The notes beneath the pieces were generated by a model that was not told where the DNA came from, ran no database searches, and was given only the letters and a program-made list of their open reading frames with translations. DNA of 64,000 bases from Oligoflexia bacterium. GTDB lineage: Bacteria; Bdellovibrionota; UBA1018. The DNA lies in assembly GCA_963758495.1 (NCBI GenBank), contig CAVWVI010000003.1:64001-128000 (forward strand). Direction: 5' to 3'. Each line of letters begins with the position of its first letter. Position 1 is the first letter of the stretch. The position numbers and the translations under genes were made by a program. This document shows positions 7,880 through 16,541 of this stretch, one piece after another.

Positions 7880-7895
7880 GGGCATAGAGGTTGCA
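7880..7895 (+). promoter_or_regulatory. sigma-54-like promoter of the trehalose-6-phosphate synthase gene
   Basis: GGGCATAGAGGTTGCA (GG-N10-GC), 16 nt before the ATG at 7912. Confidence 0.45.
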
Positions 7896-7911
7896 AACTT
7901 TTTTCCGGCAC

Positions 7912-10173
7912 ATGAAGCGACTTTACCTGCTGTGGTTATACGCAGTCACATTAACCGCCCTACTGACAGCAAGCGTACTCACTATGATTGAAGAGAGGAG
8001 AAATACAAAAGAAGCGACTTCACGCGTTGCATCTCTTGCCTCAAGTATTGAGGATACTTTAATACTCAATTACAACGCAAAGCGATTGAATCGAATCGAA
8101 AAATTGATTAATAGGTTACGAACAAGTCAACGATTACTTGGAATCATTATCTGTGATCAAACATTGGGGAAAACTCTTACCTTCCCTAAAAATAAAAGCT
8201 GGGAAATTCAATGCTCTTCTCAAGCTGCAAAAAAGGCCATTTCTACTGGTCAAGACGTAAATTGGATATCCACATCTCAAATAGGTAAATTACAATTTTA
8301 TTATCATCCTATTGAGAGCATCGGACCAGGTGATCCAAGTTTGTTTGTTATTATTAACCGAGATCCCTTTACTCAAAAAATGTCATGGTTTGAATCTTTT
8401 ATCAGATTTTTTATATCCACCTGGTTGGGCGGCCTTATTCTTATTTCGTTAGTTACAACTCAAGTAGGGAGATGGGTCCAAGGCAACTTTAGAATACTTC
8501 AACAAGCCCTCCTTGCGATGATAGCCGGTCGAAAACCGCAAAGACTTTCTCTTTTCAATAGTGAGCCAATCTCGAAAGAAATCGACACGCTCGCCACAAA
8601 AATATTAGCACTCCAACCCCCCCGCCCACCTTTTAAAGAAACCTCAAGTTGGATTAAATCCCTGCGAGAAAGCATGAAAGATAAAAACCTCATCGTAATT
8701 GCCAACAGGGAGCCTTATATACATCAATACAAAAATAATAAAATCGAGATTATTAGGCCTGCAAGTGGTCTTGTTACAGCGCTAGAACCTATTCTCAGGC
8801 AATTTGGGGGGAGATGGATTGCTCATGGAAATGGCTCAGCTGATTTGGACACGGCGAATTCAGATGGCGAAGTCATGGTCCCACCTGGCAATCCAAAATA
8901 TACACTGCAACGTGTAGCACTCAGCCGCGAAGAGGAGCTTGGGTATTATTATGGATTCTCTAACGAAGGATTATGGCCACTCTGCCATCTCGCGCATACG
9001 AGACCGACTTTTAGACTTTCTGACTGGGAACAGTATAAAACTGTCAACCAGCGTTTTACTCAAGCCATCCCAAATCGTACACTTACAGATAAATCTATAA
9101 TTTTAGTGCAAGACTATCATTTTGCTTTAATGCCCAGATTAATTAGAACACGGGAAGGATTTAGAAATTCAAAAATTGGAATTTTTTGGCATATTCCTTG
9201 GCCCAACCCAGAGGCTTTTGGAATTTGCCCTTGGAATCAGGAGCTTCTTAAAGGAATGTTGGGATCGGATATCATTGGATTTCATACACAGTATCATTGT
9301 AATAACTTTTTAGAGACGTGTAATCGTTATCTAGAAGCGAGAATTGATTGGGAACATTTTTCCGTTACCATGGATAACCATGAGACTTTTGTAAAAGCAT
9401 TTCCAATTGGCATTGATCCCAGTCCAGTCAATACTCTCACTGATGAAGAAATTACCGCACTAAAAACCCGATATGGTATTTATAATAAATGGGTAGCAGT
9501 TGGCGTCGATAGGCTCGACTATACCAAAGGAATTATTGAACGAATCGAAGCAGTAGAGCGATTTTTAGAAAAGAATCCTGAATATATAGGCAATTTCACA
9601 TTAGTACAAATGGGATCCCCCAGTCGAACTGATATTCCTGCTTATCGATTTTTAGCAGAACAGTTGCAACAGATCGTAAATCGAGTGAATCATCGTTTTG
9701 GGAGTCAAATTGGAGGCAAAAACTATCAGCCCATTCTTTTCTTAAATCAGCATCATGAATGGGAAGAAATTCAATATTTTTATCAAATTGGAGACCTCTG
9801 CTTGGTCACTTCATTACATGATGGAATGAACCTAGTAGCTAAAGAATACGTCTGGTGCCAACGCTCAGATCGAGGATCACTCATCCTGAGTAAATTTACA
9901 GGCGCAAGTCGTGAGCTAACGGAAGCACTCATCGTTAATCCCTACTCTATTGAAGAACTAGCTGATGCAATTGCAACGGCTCTCCACATGTCTAAAGAAG
10001 AAAAAACCAAGCGTATGGATATTATGAAAGAAAAAATTGAAGCCCATAGTGCATTTCATTGGGCGTCTAATCTTATTCGGGCTCTATTGACAAAAGGGGA
10101 AACTTCTTCCATTCCGCAACAAGAATCTGATCTTCAAGGTAAGTTGCAGTCCATAAAGGGGGGTTCAATATAA
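7912..10173 (+). CDS. otsA: Trehalose-6-phosphate synthase (GT20) with N-terminal TM-periplasmic-TM module
   Basis: SGLVTAL, YYGFSNEGLWPLCH, VQDYHF, FWHIPWP, GVDRLDYTKG and DGMNLVAKEY motifs; about 250-aa N-terminal extension with two hydrophobic segments. Confidence 0.9.
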   Translation: MKRLYLLWLYAVTLTALLTASVLTMIEERRNTKEATSRVASLASSIEDTLILNYNAKRLNRIEKLINRLRTSQRLLGIIICDQTLGKTLTFPKNKSWEIQCSSQAAKKAISTGQDVNWISTSQIGKLQFYYHPIESIGPGDPSLFVIINRDPFTQKMSWFESFIRFFISTWLGGLILISLVTTQVGRWVQGNFRILQQALLAMIAGRKPQRLSLFNSEPISKEIDTLATKILALQPPRPPFKETSSWIKSLRESMKDKNLIVIANREPYIHQYKNNKIEIIRPASGLVTALEPILRQFGGRWIAHGNGSADLDTANSDGEVMVPPGNPKYTLQRVALSREEELGYYYGFSNEGLWPLCHLAHTRPTFRLSDWEQYKTVNQRFTQAIPNRTLTDKSIILVQDYHFALMPRLIRTREGFRNSKIGIFWHIPWPNPEAFGICPWNQELLKGMLGSDIIGFHTQYHCNNFLETCNRYLEARIDWEHFSVTMDNHETFVKAFPIGIDPSPVNTLTDEEITALKTRYGIYNKWVAVGVDRLDYTKGIIERIEAVERFLEKNPEYIGNFTLVQMGSPSRTDIPAYRFLAEQLQQIVNRVNHRFGSQIGGKNYQPILFLNQHHEWEEIQYFYQIGDLCLVTSLHDGMNLVAKEYVWCQRSDRGSLILSKFTGASRELTEALIVNPYSIEELADAIATALHMSKEEKTKRMDIMKEKIEAHSAFHWASNLIRALLTKGETSSIPQQESDLQGKLQSIKGGSI

Positions 10174-10223
10174 AGAAAGCCCCACTTTTCTTTTTTACCA
10201 TTTCCTTGTAGGCTTTAATTTGT

Positions 10224-10901
10224 ATGCTTTCTAAACTGAGTGCTCTTTCCAAAACTATCAGTAATTGTAATAAGTGCCCCCGCCTCCGAGAATATTGTCA
10301 AAAAATAGCAAAGACTAAACGCAGGGCCTACTTGAAAGAGACTTACTGGGGAAAACCAGTCAGTGGATTTGGAGATCCAGCCGCCCGACTTATGATTGTT
10401 GGACTGGCTCCCGCCGCTCACGGTGCAAACCGCACAGGCCGTGTCTTTACGGGAGACCGATCAGGTGAATGGCTCTACCGTGCACTTCATAAAGCAGGAT
10501 TTGCAAATCGACCTGACTCTATCGGTCGTGATGATGGTCTCATCCTTCAAAATACCTATATTACTTGCATAGTAAAATGCGCTCCTCCGGAAAACCTACC
10601 CAATCCAGTTGAAAAAACAAATTGTGCAAAATATCTGCAAGCCGAATTCGCAGCACTCAACAAAGTGCGTGTTTGGATTGCTTTGGGGCAAATTGCATTA
10701 AAAAATACTTGGCCCTTACTCCAACCTTTATTACCACAACCCAAATTCCAACATGGAAGTCGAATTTCCTTGGGGTCTGGGCACTGGCTTTTACTTTCTT
10801 ACCACCCCAGTCAGCAAAACACTTTCACGGGAAGATTGACGGAGCCCATGTTTGATTCTATTTTTTCACAAGCCAAAGATCTACTCTCCCCTCACAACTG
10901 A
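10224..10901 (+). CDS. Uracil-DNA glycosylase family 5 (UdgB-like)
   Basis: CNKCPRL, GLAPAAHGANRTGRVFTGD and YHPSQQN motifs. Confidence 0.9.
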   Translation: MLSKLSALSKTISNCNKCPRLREYCQKIAKTKRRAYLKETYWGKPVSGFGDPAARLMIVGLAPAAHGANRTGRVFTGDRSGEWLYRALHKAGFANRPDSIGRDDGLILQNTYITCIVKCAPPENLPNPVEKTNCAKYLQAEFAALNKVRVWIALGQIALKNTWPLLQPLLPQPKFQHGSRISLGSGHWLLLSYHPSQQNTFTGRLTEPMFDSIFSQAKDLLSPHN

Positions 10902-10910
10902 GCCATTAAA

Positions 10911-11564
10911 ATGCCAATCAAATACTTTCCAGATCCAAGACACTCCACACCTGAAGGAATCGTTGCCCTAGGAGGAGATTTGGAAGTTGAAAGTCTGATG
11001 CTTGCCTATCGACAAGGCATTTTCCCCTGGCCTCACCCCGAATATCCATTAGTCTGGTTTTGTCCTCCAGAACGTGCGGTACTTGAAATAGAAAGACTTC
11101 ATATTCCTAGAAGCCTCGCTCGTGCTCGAAAACGAAATCCTTTTACATTTACGATTGATCAAGCATTTGAAAAAGTCATTTCTCATTGTGCGTCGACCAT
11201 TCGCCCTAGCCAAACCGGAACATGGATCACCCCTGAAATGGAGCACGCTTATTACCAACTCCATCAAAAAGGCCATGCCCATAGTGTAGAGGTATGGAAC
11301 GAGAATCAATTGGTTGGAGGTATTTATGGTGTGGATGCAGGGGGTGTATTTTCAGGTGAAAGCATGTTTCACATCGAGCCTAATGCTTCTAAATTAGCCA
11401 TTCTGCATCTCTTGGATCATCTTTATTCTAGAAATCTCAACTGGATTGATATTCAAGTGATGACCCCTCATATGGAGACTTTAGGTGCGAGAATGATCCC
11501 CAGAGACAAATTTCTTAAAAAATTAGTTAAAACTTGTGCATTAAAATTGAAATTATTTAATTAA
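10911..11564 (+). CDS. aat: Leucyl/phenylalanyl-tRNA--protein transferase
   Basis: GGDL...AYRQGIFPW, TWIT, AHSVEVW, FSGESMF and ASK motifs. Confidence 0.95.
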   Translation: MPIKYFPDPRHSTPEGIVALGGDLEVESLMLAYRQGIFPWPHPEYPLVWFCPPERAVLEIERLHIPRSLARARKRNPFTFTIDQAFEKVISHCASTIRPSQTGTWITPEMEHAYYQLHQKGHAHSVEVWNENQLVGGIYGVDAGGVFSGESMFHIEPNASKLAILHLLDHLYSRNLNWIDIQVMTPHMETLGARMIPRDKFLKKLVKTCALKLKLFN

Positions 11565-11566
11565 GA

Positions 11567-12115
11567 CTAGCCAGTAGAACGCCGCTTACGCTTAAGCGAT
11601 AGAGTCAGCGTAAATCGCGCCACAGGTTCATCAGGCAACTGAGAAGGGACAAAAGCAACGATATGAACGGGCATATTCTCACGTTCACCTGATTGAATTG
11701 CTTTCTCAACCAGCTCCCGAATTTGATCGCCCTCTTCGCAGATAAAATGAACATCACCCTCAGCACGTTTCAAAAACTCAGCATGAAAATCTTTAAAAAT
11801 GAGGGAAACGTGATTTCCCCTTTCCTGAATCAATCTCATCGCAATCAGACCGCCTGCGCAGTCCGCCCCGGCTGCTAAAGCTCCAAAATACATCGAATTC
11901 AAGTGATTCTTAGTTCGACGCTTTAAGGGAATGCTGACTACACAACGTTGATCAGAAACTTCAACAACGGTAGGTGAGATAAAAAAGAGGAGTGGTATTT
12001 TAAGAAATCCGAAACTCCGCAAAAGAAAAGTATCCCTCACTTTTGCGGGAATCGCTTGAGCGAGAGGTCCTGCAATTACTTTTGTCAGAGATTCGGATGC
12101 CTTATTAAAATTCAC
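11567..12115 (-). CDS. Hotdog-fold/DUF4442 thioesterase-like protein
   Basis: TKNHLNSMYFGALAAGAD and FLKRAEGDVHFIC. Confidence 0.75.
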   Translation of the reverse strand: MNFNKASESLTKVIAGPLAQAIPAKVRDTFLLRSFGFLKIPLLFFISPTVVEVSDQRCVVSIPLKRRTKNHLNSMYFGALAAGADCAGGLIAMRLIQERGNHVSLIFKDFHAEFLKRAEGDVHFICEEGDQIRELVEKAIQSGERENMPVHIVAFVPSQLPDEPVARFTLTLSLKRKRRSTG

Positions 12116-12117
12116 AA

Positions 12118-12342
12118 TTATTTTTTCTTGCTCTTCTTCTTACGAAAAGCAGCTTTTTTATCGATAGCTCTCTTTGATTTGCCTTCAAAATATTTCTTAG
12201 CAAAATCTTTATCGGCCTTAAGCTTCGTAACTCTCTTCTTGCGTCCTTCAGTCTTTTTACGACGTCGAATACCCTTTGCGACTAATTTATCGCCGGCCTT
12301 GGGATTCGCTGTTTTGGACTGGACTGTTTCAGTATTACTCAT
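12118..12342 (-). CDS. Small, very basic hypothetical protein (74 aa)
   Basis: ATG at 12342; 30 of 74 residues are K or R; 2 nt from the next gene. Confidence 0.65.
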   Translation of the reverse strand: MSNTETVQSKTANPKAGDKLVAKGIRRRKKTEGRKKRVTKLKADKDFAKKYFEGKSKRAIDKKAAFRKKKSKKK

Positions 12343-12470
12343 AGTCTTTATTTTCCTTATACTAATATAAACACGCAAGATACCCTAATTGATCGGTTAT
12401 TGCCATAGGAAATCGTGAGGGAACATTTACAAATTTTTCAAAGTCTTTTCTTCGTATTCTCTTCTAGGAA

Positions 12471-14885
12471 CTAACTATTCCGCACTGTCTCAGGTTTAAC
12501 AGTAACAGGCCCACGACCAGAACTCCCCGTACTCAAAGAGTATTCAAAGGCAATTTCATCTTCGCGAACCCAGACTTTCACATTTCCGCCTTGTTCTAAT
12601 TTTCCAAAAAGGATTTCCTCGGAAAGGGGCCTTTTAATCTGATCTTGAATCAGTCGCGCCAGGGGCCTTGCACCCATAAAACGATCGTATCCCTTTTTAG
12701 CTAGCCATTCTTTTACTTCAGATCCAAATTCAACATCGACATTCTTGGCAAGGAGTTGGGATTCAAGCTCCATGAGCTGTTTACTCACCACTTGATTCAC
12801 AGTTACAGGGTCTAAAACATTAAAATAGACAATAGAATCAAGGCGATTTCTAAACTCTGGACTAAATGTTTGTTCAACCGCCTTTTGAGCCTGATTTCCC
12901 TTTAAATCCTCAGTCGAAATCATACCCAAAGGACGACGCTCCAGCTCTCTCGATCCGACGTTTGACGTCATAATCAAAATAGTATTTCTAAAGTCAGCTT
13001 TTCGGCCATTATTATCCGTCAAAGCACCGTGATCCATGACTTGAAGCAAAATATTCCAGATGTCGGCATGCGCCTTCTCGATTTCATCCAAAAGTATGAC
13101 AGAATACGGACTCTTTAGAACCGCATCGGTTAAAAGTCCTGCCTGTTCAAACCCTACATACCCTGGAGGTGCACCAATCAACCGAGAAAGAGTATGTTTT
13201 TCACTGTATTCACTCATGTCATAGCGTAGAAACGGCACGCCTAAGCAGTGGGCAAGCTGTTTACTCAATTCAGTTTTTCCGACTCCCGTAGGTCCACAAA
13301 ATAAGAAGGACCCAACAGGACGTTCTCCTGTACGCAAGCCAGACCGTGCTAACCGAATTGCGGTAACCAGTGCATCCACCGCTTGATCTTGTCCAAAAAT
13401 AGACAGCTTCAGATCCATTTTTAAATTCTTTAACCGTGCTTTTTGGCTACTATTTACAGAACGCGCTGGAATTCTCGCGATTTGAACCACAACTTCTTCG
13501 ATCGCTCCTGAATCTAAAATCTTGCTATTATTGGATTGATCCGATAAATTCTTCTTTAACCTCGATTTTGCACCCGCCTCATCAATAACATCAATTGCTT
13601 TATCAGGTAAAAATCGGTCAGCCAAATGCTTGACTGAAAGCTCAACCGCAGTCTTGAGTGCCTCAACAGTATACTGCACTCCATGGTATTCTTCGAATCG
13701 AGATTTTAAGCCCATAAGAATCTGGACAGCTTCTTCACTCGTTGGCTCAGTTACATCAATTTTTTGAAATCTTCTCGCCAAAGCATGATCTTTTTCAAAT
13801 ACACTCCGAAACTCAGTATAGGTAGTGGAGCCCATGCAGCGAATAGAACCTTGCGACAAAAGAGGTTTGAGTAAATTAGCTGCATCTAAGGATCCACCGC
13901 TTACTGCTCCCGCACCTACGATCGTATGAATCTCATCTATAAATAGAATCGGATGTTGGCCTTTTTCCCGCTTAGCTTCTAATGAAGCAATCACTCGTTT
14001 AAATCTCTGTTCAAAATCTCCGCGAAACTTTGCACCTGCCAGAAGTGCTCCGAGATCCAAAGCATAGACTACTGCAGTTTGAAGAAGGTCAGGTACAGCA
14101 TGATCCACAATTCGAAAAGCAAGTCCCTCAGCCAAAGCAGTTTTTCCAACTCCGGCTTCTCCCACTAAAAGAGGATTATTTTTTCGACGACGACAAAGGA
14201 TCTGGATCATTCTCTCGAGTTCAAGCTCTCGTCCAATCAATGGATCGGTTTTTCCAGCTTTAGCCTGATCATTCAAATTAATCGTAAAAGAAGAGAGGAC
14301 ATCTTCAGACTTTTTAGGGGGGCTTGGATTGAGAGAAAGTTTCTCATCATTTACTTCACTACTTTCTTCTGAGGAGTAGTCTTCATTTTCAGGCTGGATA
14401 TCCGTTCGATCGTCTTTATCTTTACGAATCCCGTGACTCATATAATTTAACAAATCCAGACGCTCAATTCCCTGCTCTACAAGTAACAGAAAAGCCTTGG
14501 AGTCTTTTGCTTGAAAAAGAGCTACTAATAAATCCTCGGGCTGAATTTCATCTTTTCCTGCCGATTGAACATGAAAAAGCGCTCGTTGAATCAATCGCTG
14601 AATACTCAAAGTTGCAACAGGGTGCTCTATGGGATTGTCATCCATAGATTCTTCAGAAGTGGCTTGGTCTGAACGAGCTGCCTTGGGTATCTCAGCTTGA
14701 AGGTACACTTCTAATTCTTGTTGAATCACGGCTGGATTCCCGCCTGTAGCTTGAATCGTTTCACTAATTCGTGAATCTGCGAGCAAGCTCCAAAGAACAT
14801 GCTCTAGGGTAAAATACTCATGTTCCTGCTCTACAGCATAGCGTACAGCTCGATTTAAAACTGTTTCTGCTCTTCGACCTATCAT
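12471..14885 (-). CDS. clpA: ATP-dependent Clp protease ATP-binding subunit ClpA
   Basis: Two AAA+ modules (GEAGVGKT, GPTGVGKT), LIGAPPGYVG, no long middle domain, downstream of clpS. Confidence 0.95.
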   Translation of the reverse strand: MIGRRAETVLNRAVRYAVEQEHEYFTLEHVLWSLLADSRISETIQATGGNPAVIQQELEVYLQAEIPKAARSDQATSEESMDDNPIEHPVATLSIQRLIQRALFHVQSAGKDEIQPEDLLVALFQAKDSKAFLLLVEQGIERLDLLNYMSHGIRKDKDDRTDIQPENEDYSSEESSEVNDEKLSLNPSPPKKSEDVLSSFTINLNDQAKAGKTDPLIGRELELERMIQILCRRRKNNPLLVGEAGVGKTALAEGLAFRIVDHAVPDLLQTAVVYALDLGALLAGAKFRGDFEQRFKRVIASLEAKREKGQHPILFIDEIHTIVGAGAVSGGSLDAANLLKPLLSQGSIRCMGSTTYTEFRSVFEKDHALARRFQKIDVTEPTSEEAVQILMGLKSRFEEYHGVQYTVEALKTAVELSVKHLADRFLPDKAIDVIDEAGAKSRLKKNLSDQSNNSKILDSGAIEEVVVQIARIPARSVNSSQKARLKNLKMDLKLSIFGQDQAVDALVTAIRLARSGLRTGERPVGSFLFCGPTGVGKTELSKQLAHCLGVPFLRYDMSEYSEKHTLSRLIGAPPGYVGFEQAGLLTDAVLKSPYSVILLDEIEKAHADIWNILLQVMDHGALTDNNGRKADFRNTILIMTSNVGSRELERRPLGMISTEDLKGNQAQKAVEQTFSPEFRNRLDSIVYFNVLDPVTVNQVVSKQLMELESQLLAKNVDVEFGSEVKEWLAKKGYDRFMGARPLARLIQDQIKRPLSEEILFGKLEQGGNVKVWVREDEIAFEYSLSTGSSGRGPVTVKPETVRNS

Positions 14886-14969
14886 TCAACCCTCTTGCTG
14901 AGATATATACTCTCTTTTCCACACTTCTGTATATATGTAACTTCTTCATTCACGAGTGTTGACAAACAT

Positions 14970-15290
14970 TCAGTCATCCGCCAGTTCAGTACTACATTTC
15001 AACGGGAACCCTTTTATGCGAGCATACTCATGAACCTGCACTACTTTTGTTTCTGCAATTTCGTAATGAAAGACGCCCGCAATACCCCTACCCTGTTGAT
15101 GGACTTTTAGCATGATCTGTACCGCTTCTTCTTCAGTCTTTTTAAAAAAGCGTTTTAAGACATCTACAACGAATTCCATAGTGCTATAGTCATCATTATG
15201 TAAAAGGACCACATAACGAGGTGGCTCTTTTGGTTTTGGACGTCCTTCTTGGAGTTCAATGTGCGAAGACTCTTGAATTCTCTCTCCCAT
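14970..15290 (-). CDS. clpS: Clp protease adaptor ClpS
   Basis: LHNDDYSTMEFVVDVL...MLKVHQQG...EIAETK...FPL. Confidence 0.95.
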   Translation of the reverse strand: MGERIQESSHIELQEGRPKPKEPPRYVVLLHNDDYSTMEFVVDVLKRFFKKTEEEAVQIMLKVHQQGRGIAGVFHYEIAETKVVQVHEYARIKGFPLKCSTELADD

Positions 15291-15354
15291 AGAATGATCA
15301 GTTTAGCATGTCATTAGATGAGGTGTATCGGATTAAATTTTCGCACAATAGTTC

Positions 15355-15924
15355 TTGACCCCGAGGGCCTCCCTCGCACATTCTCATCCCGTGAACAGGG
15401 ACTCATTAATACGACAACTTGAATTGGCACGCTTCGAGCGAGCGCTTGAAGTTTCAGAAAGTCTAGCAGAGCACAGAGCATTGCTCACAACAACAGAGCT
15501 AGCTCGACTCAATAATATCCTTACAGGAAAAAACGATGATCCATGGCGTCAAGAAACGGTCACCATTACTCTTCCTTCCGGGAAATCAGAAACTCTTGCT
15601 TTAATCATTGACCCAGTTGTAACAGCACGTGAAAAACTGCACCGAGCTACAGAAGTCGCAGAAGGCGGAGCCGCCATCGATGCAGCCGTAGATATTTATG
15701 CTGACTTGGTCCTGGCACACGTCTTTGAAGATGCCAACCGTAGAACTGCCGTACTAGCCAGTCATTATTTTTTATGTCGCTATGGATTGCATGTACCAGG
15801 AATTGCCCTCTATGAGCTCGGCCTGGGCGACCTTCGGGAAGAAGGACAAATTGATGCCCTTCGCGAGGTCATTCAACAAATAACAAAGTTTGCACAAAAA
15901 AGACGTGAATTTCAAAAAAAATGA
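15355..15924 (+). CDS. Fic/Doc family protein
   Basis: HVFEDANRRTA motif; the start may be the GTG at 15391. Confidence 0.8.
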   Translation: MTPRASLAHSHPVNRDSLIRQLELARFERALEVSESLAEHRALLTTTELARLNNILTGKNDDPWRQETVTITLPSGKSETLALIIDPVVTAREKLHRATEVAEGGAAIDAAVDIYADLVLAHVFEDANRRTAVLASHYFLCRYGLHVPGIALYELGLGDLREEGQIDALREVIQQITKFAQKRREFQKK

Positions 15925-15969
15925 TAAATGACTATATAACTTTAATCATTTAAATAAGGAGATCCCTAC

Positions 15970-16374
15970 GTGAAACACACCCATCTATCCAAGTTCATTT
16001 TATCCAAGTTAGTTTTATCCATTTTAATTTGTATCACTGCAAATTCAATCAATGCTTTCGCGGAAACTCGAAAATTTAATCTCATTGCGAAGGAAGTGGA
16101 CGGAACCAAACATTGGTTTCTCAAGGGGCACACTAAAAAAACTGATTCTCTCACACTCACTGTGAATCAGGGTGACACTGTCAAAATTCATGCTATCAGC
16201 GCTACAGGCGCAACAAATAACGTCCATGGTTTTGCAATTGATCAGTTTAAAGTTTCCGCCGTAGTAGATGGCAAAGGTAAGGATATTGAATTCGTCGCCA
16301 ATCAAGCAGGTACTTATCCTATTTATTGCCAACTCCACCCTAAACATGTAGGTGGACAGCTCGTAGTGAAATGA
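15970..16374 (+). CDS. Secreted cupredoxin (nitrosocyanin-like)
   Basis: Signal peptide; VHGFAID and YCQLHPKH motifs. Confidence 0.75.
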   Translation: MKHTHLSKFILSKLVLSILICITANSINAFAETRKFNLIAKEVDGTKHWFLKGHTKKTDSLTLTVNQGDTVKIHAISATGATNNVHGFAIDQFKVSAVVDGKGKDIEFVANQAGTYPIYCQLHPKHVGGQLVVK

Positions 16375-16389
16375 AGCCTCAAGCTAATG

Positions 16390-16528
16390 ACCTCAGTTCG
16401 AGTTCAGGGATAGTTTCGGTTTCAGTTGCTGTTTCGGCTCAGTATCGGTAAGAAAATCTTCTAAACTGTGCCTACAGGAACCGAGACTCGGACTGAAACT
16501 GCCTCCGATTCTTATCCCGAACTGAGGT
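16390..16528. repeat. Intergenic inverted-repeat element (MITE/REP-like)
   Basis: ACCTCAGTTCG (16390-16400) and CGAACTGAGGT (16518-16528) with imperfect inner pairing. Confidence 0.55.
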
Positions 16529-16541
16529 GTTCATGGATTAT

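Noticed and set aside
10911..15290. aat-clpA-clpS clustering as a novel system
   Set aside because: Well-known N-degron pathway linkage.
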